Shown: positions 7,266 to 17,614 of the stretch, in pieces
How positions within the stretch are numbered: position 1 is the first letter of the stretch
Layout: each line of letters begins with the position of its first letter
Source of the DNA: Zygophlyctis sp. KS116
Taxonomy: Eukaryota > Fungi > Chytridiomycota
Assembly (NCBI GenBank): GCA_054661495.1
Contig: BAAFSQ010000205.1
Location: forward strand, 1-17,614
Direction: 5' to 3'
Length of the DNA stretch: 17,614 bases
The notes under the pieces: model-generated
The model's database searches: none
What the model saw: the letters and a program-made list of their open reading frames with translations, nothing else
What the model was told of the DNA's origin: nothing
Program-made: the position numbers and the translations under genes

Positions 7266-9551
7266 ATGTTGCGACGATATTTGTCTACAGCAAAACAGGT
7301 TACTGTTTTTATCAATGATAAACCAGTAAAGATAGAAGCAGGTGCAGCTGTTATTCAGGCGTGTGAGGCTGCTGGTGTGACTATACCCCGTTTTTGTTAT
7401 CATGAGAGACTCTCAATTGCCGGAAACTGTAGAATGTGTCTGGTTGAAATTGAAAAAGTTCCAAAGCCAGTGGCTAGTTGTGCATGGCCAGTCACAGAGG
7501 GGATGAAAATTAAAACAGAATCTCCAATCGTTCATAAAGCAAGGGAAGGTAATGGTTTTTAGAGTCTCTCAAACTTTTTGTCCCATGTAACAATCTATTT
7601 TTATATGGCTCTGTGCCAAGGATAAATATTAGAGCTTTGGATTACTGGGTACTATAGTCTTTAAGGCTTTAGAGGGACTTTTTTGCAAATCTAATACAAT
7701 AGGTGTAATGGAATTTTTATTATCAAATCATCCATTGGATTGTCCTATTTGTGATCAAGGAGGAGAATGTGATCTTCAAGATCAGTCTGTTCGTTATGGA
7801 TCGGATAGGTCTAGATTTTCAGAAGCTGTTGGTAAAAGAGCAGTCGAAAATAAGGATTTTGGACCTTTAGTAAAAACTGTCATGACAAGATGTATTCAAT
7901 GTACAAGATGCGTTAGATTTGCTAATGATGTGGCAGGAGCAACAGAATTAGGGACTTCTGGACGTGGAAATGATTTGCAAATTGGTACTTATGTTGAAAA
8001 AACACTGGCAACTGAACTATCAGGAAATATTATTGATTTATGTCCAGTAGGAGCTCTTACTTCAAAGCCATATACTTTTACTGCAAGACCATGGGAGTTG
8101 AAAAAGACAGAGTCAATTGATGTACTAGATGCTATAGGTTCTAATATTCGCGTTGATTCCAGAGGTTCAGAAGTAATGCGGATTTTACCTAGAGTAAATG
8201 AAGAAGTCAATGAAGAATGGATATCTGATAAAACAAGATTTGCTTATGATGGCCTGAAAACTCAGCGTTTGACTGTCCCAATGATTAAAAAGGACGGGGA
8301 ATTCCAACCTGCCTCATGGGAACAAGCACTGGGAATGGTAGCTCAGCGCATGAAAAATGTCTCTGGAAATGAAATTGCAGCTATAGCAGGTCAACTTGCG
8401 GATGCAGAATCACTAGTGGCTTTGAAGGATTTACTAAACAGGCTAGGATCAGAAAATCTGCATTTTGAGGGGATAACAGGGTTTGATTCTCGTGGTTCTT
8501 TTGATTTTAGATCAAATTATACATTGAACTCTAAAATTGTTGGTCTAGAAGAAGCTGATGCCATTTTGCTGATAGGAACTAATCCCAGACATGAAGCTGC
8601 TACACTAAATGTCAGAATTCGCAAAGCTTATTTGAATGGGGCTAATATTGGGTTAATTGGCGCTCTTCCTCAACTTAACTACGAATTTGATCATTTAGGT
8701 GACTCTCCAAATGTTATTGACAATATTTTCAAGCAAAAGGCTCCATTTGTTAAGCTCTTACAGACGGCAAAAAAACCTCTAGTTATTTTGGGCTCATCTG
8801 TATTTGAGCGAACTGATGCAATTAGCGTTCTTAGCTCTGTAGCCAAATTAGTTGAAAAATTAGAAAAAAATGCTCAAGAAGGATGGTCCATTTACAATGT
8901 TTTGCAAAGGGTAATTTTTTAACAAGTAAATATCAGGCTGCAAGTAGCACAGCTGCATTAGATATTGGATATTCTCAAAAAGCTTTAATTTCATCCCCAA
9001 AAGTCTTGTACTTGCTTAATGCCGATGAAATTAAAGGATCGGACATTCCTGAAGATGCATTTGTCATATACCAAGGACATCATGGCGATACTGGAGCATG
9101 TTATGCAGATATTGTTCTCCCTGGATCTAGTTATACGGAAAAGTCGGCTACATATGTGAATACAGAGGGCCGCTCACAGCTAACTCGTTCTGCAGTATCA
9201 CCCCCTGAAGATGCACGCGAAGATTGGAAAATTATTAGAGCGCTGTCACAGGTTGCTGGTGTCACTCTTCCTTATGATGAAATCAATGATCTAAGATTCC
9301 GAATGTCTCAAATCTCCCCAAGTCTTGTTGAATACGATTCTCTGGTTGAAAGTCATTCATTAACAAAAATTGGACTGGGCCATCTTAAAAAATCGAGTCA
9401 CAAGCATTCTGATGATCTACTTTCCTTGCCAATATCAGATTTTTATCTAACTGATCCAATTTCTCGGGCGTCTCGCACAATGGCCAAGTGCTCAAAGGCT
9501 TTCACATTTGGAGAGAAACCTGAGCCGGAAAAGGTTTTTCAAGCCACATGA
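7266..9551 (+). CDS. NDUFS1: NADH:ubiquinone oxidoreductase 75/78-kDa Fe-S subunit, about 701 aa
   Basis: Mitochondrial presequence [10 protein letters not shown]. Motifs [55 protein letters not shown]. Introns 7549-7702 (154 nt) and 8911-8936 (26 nt). Confidence 0.97.
7561..7681 (+). other. Candidate structured RNA inside NDUFS1 intron 1
   Basis: Closing stem 7563-7570/7672-7679 encloses two hairpins (7577-7626 and 7631-7670). The intron is about six times the typical length in this window. Confidence 0.55.
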
Positions 9552-10356
9552 GTTTTGACATTAAATGGAATCTATTGGACAGCAATGACAGTCTAAAATT
9601 GAAGGAGTTTATGAATTCAAGATTTGAGTCTATTGAGCGTCCTGATTTCTTGGGCCCGATTTATGTATAAGCTCTTACTGCTAATGATCAGGTTGAGGAA
9701 CTTGATTTTGGGAATATTGCACCCCATGTTGAAATACTGGATATTATGGACCCTGTAGACTTTTACTATGATGATGAGTCTTCTGAAAGAGACACTGTAG
9801 GGGTTGAAGATTCGATTTCGGTAGCAGGAAATACGCCCAATTCTACACCCAACACATGTAATGGTAGAAATGATCAAATCCAAGTTGATGTATTGATCAA
9901 TTACGAGGGAAACCTTAGACTAACGATATCGACCGAGCTGCTCATAAATCAGCCAACTCCTGCATTTTTGATACTGCCTATACGGATGAGAATAACAAAG
10001 CTGCATATAAATGGTACGTTTTGATAGAATTATGGACCAGGAACATTGATGATTGCGTATTTAGGGGACTCACTTCAGTTTTCTTTTAAAAGGCCTCTTG
10101 CAGAGTATTCTATTTTTTATTAAATTTAGTGAATTTATTCTCAAGGGAATGAATATTGAATCAGAAATAGGGGATAGAGATAGACAAGGTAAACAACGTT
10201 TCCAATTTTCTAGTGTTGCGAAATGTAGTCAGGATCGAAAAGTTTGTCTGTGACTCTTTAAGGATTTTCATTGATGAATATCTGGTATTTCCAAATGTTT
10301 ATTATTTGGATATATCTAAAGATTCTAATAGCTACTCGTCTGACGATCATAATTAG
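9548..10356 (+). CDS. MDM12: ERMES subunit Mdm12 (SMP domain), about 234 aa, 5 exons
   Basis: [10 protein letters not shown]...RPDFLGPI...LDFGNIAPHVEILDIMDP, YEGNLRLTISTELLINQPTPAF, IESEIGD...VLRNVVRIEKFV, LVFP. Introns 9665-9691, 10014-10040, 10105-10129, 10189-10213. Confidence 0.92.
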
Positions 10357-10783
10357 CACCCATTGCTTTTTTCAGTAAGAGGATGATATCTGCTACTGCG
10401 AGATCTCTTTGGGTACTAGCAGCTATTTCAACTGCAAAGCTCTTAATAACAGCTTTTACAGCAGTTCCATGAACGGAAAGTTTTGCTCTTCGCATGACTT
10501 TAACATTCGGACCACACCATGAAATGAAGACAAATTTGGATCTCTTAGAATACTCATCATTCCCAACAGTCATTCTTACATATGCATAACCTGCTTGATC
10601 CTGTTCTAGTTTACTCTTTAATTCTTCTAGACCACCACTACCTTGAATTTAATTGAATTATAAGTAGTACCCTTTGCTGAAATTCCAATCTTGTCCGATT
10701 TCTCATCTAAATAAGACAACAAAATCCAGTTTGTATCAGTTTTATCATTTCTTACGTCTTCATAAGCAGCATTTATATCGCCT

Positions 10784-10794
<11 letters not shown>
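10325..10794 (-). CDS. Coactosin-like ADF-H actin-binding protein, about 146 aa
   Basis: INAAYEDVRNDKTDTNWILLSY, GSGGLEELK, SKRSKFVFISWCGPNVKVMRRAKLSVH, MGANYD. Intron 10642-10670 (29 nt). Confidence 0.9.
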
Positions 10795-11829
<1,035 letters not shown>

Positions 11830-11968
11830 TTACAAAGAATTGCCCTTGGTAAACACTTACCCACCAATACAGTTGTACCATTGCGCATTAGAGATTCTAA
11901 TGATTATACTTTCTATTGATAATGAATAATGATCTGATCAAGACGATAATGATCATTAAATAGTCGGA

Positions 11969-12797
11969 ATGAAATCTCGAGAATGGGATTCTACAACTCG
12001 TAATCTATCGGATTTGACATACAGTCCTCAAGAAAGGAGACTAAAAAAGGAGGTTTTATTAAATGCTACCAAGGCCCATCGTAGCACATCATGCATTAAA
12101 AATGAAAAAAAGGATTTTATAAAGGAAAAGAAGGTTAACTGGAAAGAATGGAATTTAAGGGAAGATGTGGATTTTGAATCTGAATTAGAAACTTTTATAC
12201 CAGTGAATGAAATTGGGTCTCTCCCAGTTTCAAAATCTTTAGTCAAACGCACAGCTAAAAGTAATAATTCATGTCCGAAAATGGACGCTCAACCACCCGT
12301 AAATACTGGTAATTTGGATAAAGCTCAAAAAGATGCAATTCGTCATTTGAAAAATGTTTTAAATAATTCAGTTTCAGAGTCTGTTCCTTTGCCTAAAGTT
12401 CATGAAAATCTTGAAGTTCATGAATTAAATGCAGAAACAAGTGCTCTCTTTATTCAATTTATATTAAATGTACTTAATTTAAAGATGTAATAGATAGAGT
12501 AAAAACAAGGATCAAGAAAGGGACAAGGAAATTTCAGACTTGAAAGAGCAAGTCTCAAAATTAAAGGCAATTCTGGATGAAACTAGAGATGTACTAGATT
12601 ATTTTTAAATTTTTTAGGATCTTGATGCATGTCAATTAATTGTTTCAAATCATCAAAAAAGAATTCAAGATTTACAAGGTTTGGTTGACAATCAAAATCA
12701 AACTATTAAAGATCAAGCAAATTTACTGATAAATCATATGTCTAGTAAAAAAGTTTTGGAAAATATCCAACTGTCAATGTCTGGACTACTACTCTAA
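11969..12797 (+). CDS. Coiled-coil protein, tentatively SPICE1-like (centriole-associated), about 257 aa
   Basis: Introns 12470-12497 and 12591-12617 extend the ORF into a coiled-coil C-terminus. N-terminal REWDSTTRNLSDLTYSPQERRLKKE resembles the SPICE1 N-terminal motif as recalled (QEWDNTVTDL...TPEDL). Confidence 0.55.
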
Positions 12798-12844
12798 TTC
12801 TTTTAAAAAAATTCTTGTTGCAGATCTATTAATTTACAAAAAGC

Positions 12845-13566
12845 TCATAATTCCATTCCGGCAGCTTCTTCATCAGAGAATGAATTTGAACTTGCAGAAT
12901 CTTCTTGAGAACTTTCATCAGCAGCAGCATCAGCAGCTTCTCTGGTTGCGTATTTTGATACATACTCTAAATAAATTAGGATTTTTACAATACCTTTAAC
13001 CTTTTGTTCATAGGCTCCTGGATCTCTCATTAGTAAAGCTGCAGCTTCTCCATTTAATGGATCTGTTGGATTTGGGTACCGAAGTAGTTGTGGTAAAAAG
13101 ACACCAAATATATTGATCATGTCTAAATTTAATAAATTTAAAAAAGGAAAATTACCAAACATTGGACTCCAAGTCTGATTAATGACATCTAAACATACAG
13201 ATCCAGATCTAATGTTAAAAGAAGAAGCGATTAAAGTCGCGTGTAAACGTACAATTCATCAATATTTGGATGGAAAATCCTATTCATGAAGCCAATTGAA
13301 GGAGATTTGTAAGGATATTGATCAGGTAAATCAACATGAATTTTCCAGACTCCACCAATAAAAGGCGCTAGAATGTAAAAAATAGAAATTACTATCTTCA
13401 GGACCAACAAAATTAACGTAAAATTCTAATTTTAAAACGACATTTCCTACCTTGCATATTGTCATTGACAAGAGTCACTTCATAGTCACTCATGAGGCTG
13501 GTTATTAAAAGTTCAAAATTACAGTTTCATGACATCGGTTTCAATTCTACGGCGAGGCGAAGACAT
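12845..13566 (-). CDS. UBC8: Ubiquitin-conjugating enzyme E2, Ubc8/UBE2H, about 180 aa, 7 exons
   Basis: [56 protein letters not shown], acidic tail. Introns 13498-13522, 13426-13450, 13368-13392, 13209-13252, 13123-13155, 12967-12993. Confidence 0.95.
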
Positions 13567-13665
13567 CACACGCTAGAAAAAGATAAAATTTTAATGAGAA
13601 ATCGCGAGTTCAACTCTGATTCTAAATTCTTTCTGTTTATAACAGTTGCGTCTAAATTTTTTCTT

Positions 13666-15889
13666 TTAAAACTGCAAAAAATGTAAATGTCGCAGTGTCG
13701 GTCGTCCATGTGGACAGTTCCATGGATGATCCAGAGATGATAAATTACATACAATCTAGATTTAATAATAATAATTTACATTCTTCATTTTTTTATTAGT
13801 GAGTGCTGTACCAATCATTACAGATGTTCTACACGCTTTTGATGCATACCAACCTCTGATTCGGCTTGGAATAGGATCTTTTTCTCCTGCATTCAGTTTG
13901 ACTATTAATTCTTCCAAATCTTGTAAGCCAAGTATGAGATTCTTGAGATTTGGAACTCTTGTCAAGAAAAAAGATTTTAGACCATCCTCTTTAATTTGAA
14001 TATCAAACCCATATTTTTGAATTAGAGGTAAATATTCAACAATACGATTTTCAAGAGATGAAGAAAACTTTATCGAAAGTGGATTGACAAGATTTTGACT
14101 TACAGACTGAATGGTTTTCATTAGAGTTTCAAAAGTATACTTTTCATCACTTTTTAAATTATCATTGTTAAAGTACCTTGCGTGTTGATCAATTACAAAT
14201 AAATCATTATCCAGTCGTACAATTATAAATCCCAGATTAAACTGTCCCAAAACTTTCATACGTTTGAAATCTTGTTTAGAGACAAAACGAGATAATTCAG
14301 CCTCTGCATTTACAGAATCTGAAATTTCAGCTTGAAATTTTTTTCTATTTGATTCATTTGATTCACAATTTGCGGATTTAGAATTATTTGGAGATATTAT
14401 ATCTTTTAAATTTACAGAAATTTGCATGTCTCCATTAATAAGTGGGAATATTGAGTGTCTTTTGATTTTCTTTGTTGATTCTACATTCAAAAATGATGAC
14501 TGTTTTTGTTTCTTAATAGGTTGAATAGGACTATCTAATGAATGTTTAGTTGCAGTAGATTTAAAACCAAAAAGAGACTTGAGATTGGCTTGAGTTAACG
14601 GTTTTGGTGAGTCTTTAATTGGTTTTGGAGAGGATTCAATTCCAGAATTTGTATCTATACTTTCCAGTATAGTAGTATCTTGTGGTAAGCTGTTTGAAAA
14701 AGACGTGAATGATTCATTTTCTGTAAAGTCGACTGAAAGATTCGGCTGAGAAGAAAATCCAAACGAAGATACTAAATCTGTAGATTCTGATCCATAAATA
14801 AGTTCAGACTGACGAAAAGGAGAAAATAAATCCAAAACTTGTTCTTTAATCCAAGAAAATATAGAATCTTCTTCATTCATTAGAATTGTTCTCTTATCAG
14901 GAGCTAAATTCACATCAAAATTCCACTTATCTAATACCAAGTATAATATTAGAGCAGGATATTTCCCTTGAACAAATTCATGATAAGCAGAATTTATACG
15001 CCTAGAAAGCTAAAAAATTCAAAAGATTTCAAAAATACATTTGGTAAATCACAAGGTCTTCCATTTATATACAAATATTGTCGATCTGAACCACTTTTTG
15101 CACAATCACTAATTGGCTTTGATATATATCCTGAAACAGCAACAGTAGAATCTCTAAATCCTTAAAATCTATAATTTACCCAGATCCATTCCTTGACCAA
15201 GAAAAAGGAATTAAAGTTTTTATAAATTTAGATCCAAAAATACTATTAATTGTATCAATTTGATTTCTTGTTCCTATAGTCTGAAAAACAATATTTGAAT
15301 CCTTTGTAACCACCAATTTAACACCTACAGCCATAATCCCATATGCATATAGTAAATCAATTGTTTTCCCGTATTCTTTAGAAATATTCCTAATCAACTC
15401 CTTCCCTCTAACAGGAAGATTATAAAATAATTTTTCTAATTCTACTGTAGTACCTTTTCTCCTTGCTTTTGGAATTAAATGTATGAGATTTCCAGATTGA
15501 TCGTATTCTAAATAATGCCCAACTTGATCATACTCTGTTGCAGTATGAACCTTTAATTTCCCTAAAACAGCCAATGATGCCAACGCTTCACCTCTAAATC
15601 CAAATCCTCTAATATTAACAATATCATCAAAATCCTTAATTTTTGCTGTAGTATGATGGATGCAGAGAGATTCAAAATCCTCTTTAGGAATACCGACACC
15701 ATCATCAGTCACAATTATACCATCTAAACCATAATTCTTAAATGCAACAGTGATTGCTGTTGCGTTTGCATCTAGTGCATTTTCTACCAATTCCTTGACT
15801 GCATTTCGAAGATCTAGAATAACTTGACCTGAAATAAGAGATGAAATATCAGATTGTTCTAGTTTAATGAGCGCACTGTTTAATTCCAT
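13666..15889 (-). CDS. PMS1: MutL-family mismatch repair endonuclease (yeast Pms1 / human PMS2), about 705 aa
   Basis: SGQVI, VKELVENALDA, DDGVGI, GFRGEALASL, GQFNLGFI, DQHASDEKYTFE (after splicing), ASKACRTSVMIG, HPWNCPHGRPT. Introns 15154-15179, 15010-15038, 14150-14176, 13756-13779. Confidence 0.94.
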
Positions 15890-15954
15890 GAGTTTTTGAA
15901 CACAATGGCTGGTTTTCTTTGGTTTGAGACTTAAGTCAAGGTTGAGACTTGAAC

Positions 15955-15960
15955 ACGCGT
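15955..15960. promoter_or_regulatory. MluI cell-cycle box (ACGCGT) in the 79-bp PMS1/CapZ divergent spacer
   Basis: Perfect ACGCGT 65 bp upstream of the PMS1 ATG. MCB/MBF control of G1/S DNA-repair genes is established in yeasts. Confidence 0.45.
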
Positions 15961-15968
15961 CGTTAGCA

Positions 15969-16756
15969 ATGTCAACCGTCGCCTCAAGATTCATTTCCTC
16001 TGCTCCACCAGGCCAGGTCTACAATATTTCCAAAGGTAAATTATCCCAATATTTATTCTAGACTTGTCTGCTCTTGAAAGCGAATCTAATTATTCAGAAC
16101 TGTTAACGGAATATCATTTAAATGCAAATAGTATTTTTGAATCTCTAATTCTAACTAAACATGGACATAAAGGAAATTTCTCTTTTGATGATCCAAATAC
16201 ACATTCTATTCTGGAATTAGATCCAGTCAATTTTAGTCTCTTAAATAGTAATCCTTATACTGTGGAAAAAGAGACTGAAGACTCTAGAGCTGAAATGCAA
16301 GAAGCAGCCAACAGATATATTAAATCTTTTTACTCTAAAGGAATAGCGACGGTGTATGGTGGACCTAGACAATTTGTGATTTATATATCTAGTGAAAAAT
16401 ATAATCCAGAAAATTATTGGAATGGAAAATGGGTTTCAGAATGGAAAATTGATATGGATAAAGGTCAATTACAAGGGAATATTAGACTAAATGTACACTA
16501 TTTTGAAGATGGAAATGTACAATTAAAACAAGATAAATCAGTCTCATTAACTCTTGATGAATCAAGTCTAAAAAATGTCTTTAAAATTATTCAAAAGTCT
16601 GAACATGAAATTCATACAAATTTAATCCAAGCTTGTAGTGGATTATGTGATAATAGTTTTAAAGGTTTAAGACGTGCTTTACCTTTAACAAAGGCAAAAA
16701 TGGATTGGAATTCAATTGGGAATTATAAGTTGGGATTAGAATTGGAAAAATCTTAA
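15969..16756 (+). CDS. CAP1: F-actin capping protein alpha subunit, about 253 aa
   Basis: FISSAPPGQV, KYNPENYWNGKWVSEW, VHYFEDGNVQL, FKGLRRALPLTKAKMDW. Intron 16036-16061. Confidence 0.94.
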
Positions 16757-16758
16757 AT

Positions 16759-17399
16759 TTAATCCTTTAATGAATACATATCATTAGGATAACTAGATGA
16801 TTTGTTGGCAGAGGCATGATGAGATTGAAAGCCTATTCCACTTCCATTTGGTAGATTTAAAACTTGTCTCAATTTTTTACCAATTCTAACGGTTGGTTCC
16901 TTTTGAGTAGACTTTGTCCAGACTGATATTCTATCTGCACCTTTTCTAACAGATACAACAGCACCACAAATTTCATCAGAGTCTTCAAAATCTTCTCCGA
17001 TTATAGCTAAAAGCTACAATATTAATTTTTAAAACTTACAATATTAAGCCAATGACCATCTAATTCCTCAGTCTTTGATTTTGGAGCTGAAAAAACCCAT
17101 TTCCCTCCCTTTGAGTTTACAGGATCTTCCCATTCTGGTCGAACATCCTTTTTAAAGAAATGGTAATTAGATCCTAAAGAGAGATCAGACACTTTTGCGA
17201 CATTCTTATACACTCCCCAAAAGTCTTCGACTGTATTGACTGTAATCAGATTCTTCAAGTTTGCAGACCAATTCGCTTGAGTAGTTTTCTTATTTGATGG
17301 AGCATCAAACCAAAGCGTCCAATTGTTAGCAAGAGGATGTTTAACATTGTAGGCTTGTGGATCGTCAAAGGCTGTGATGGTCTCTGAAACAGCTGCCAT
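16759..17399 (-). CDS. EIF4E: Class I translation initiation factor eIF4E, about 204 aa; start may be 17458 via extra splicing
   Basis: KHPLANNWTLWF, TVEDFWG, RPEWEDP..GGKW, ICGAVVSVRK..DRISVWT; all eight conserved Trp present. Intron 17014-17039. Confidence 0.93.
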
Positions 17400-17532
17400 A
17401 AGATAAAATTTAAAAGCCCTAAATCTGTATTTCTACATACTTCTACTGGTGCAATCATTATTGTTTAAGCAGATTGTAATTTGTATAATTTACAAGTATT
17501 CAAAGATGACCTAGGAACCGATATATTTACAG

Positions 17533-17601
17533 ACGCGCTGTTGCACTGTTGCACGGATTGAATGAATTGAATGAATTGTTCGTTGCGGACTTTAAAACGC
17601 G
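17533..17601. promoter_or_regulatory. Repeat-rich putative promoter upstream of eIF4E
   Basis: ctgttgca twice (17538-17553), tandem attgaatga repeats, two ACGCG cores. Confidence 0.35.
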
Positions 17602-17614
17602 AACAAGCCACCTA

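Noticed and set aside
7605-7620. Iron-responsive element or TPP riboswitch in the NDUFS1 intron
   Set aside because: CTGTGC lacks the 5-bp upper stem and bulged C of an IRE, and the conserved TPP aptamer core is absent.
15890-15994. 35-aa N-terminal extension of PMS1 in the ORF track
   Set aside because: It overlaps CapZ exon 1 on the opposite strand, and MutL similarity begins just after ATG 15889.

Overview
AT-rich, extremely compact eukaryotic nuclear DNA in the standard genetic code. MDM12/ERMES, a fungal-type UBC8, complex I, coactosin and a probable centriolar protein suggest a zoosporic, chytrid-like fungus (inference). The fragmented ORF track resolves into 16 genes once 32 GT-AG introns are removed by hand; 28 of them are only 24-30 nt. 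Genes: two orphan membrane proteins, MEAK7/Rtc5-like TLDc, a ZNF830-like fragment, a minimal GCN2, two orphans, complex I 75-kDa subunit (NDUFS1), MDM12, coactosin-like, phosphoserine phosphatase, SPICE1-like, UBC8, PMS1/PMS2, capping protein alpha and eIF4E. Main observations: (1) 7266-11820 holds four genes with no intergenic DNA, including an operon-like ATGA stop/start overlap between NDUFS1 and MDM12 preceded by a predicted hairpin/pseudoknot (candidate stop-restart bicistron). (2) The single 154-nt intron, in NDUFS1, folds into a three-way-junction RNA just after the [2Fe-2S] domain. (3) Ultra-short introns with signs of length-based 3' splice-site choice. All gene models, structures and homologies were derived by eye and from memory, without database searches.
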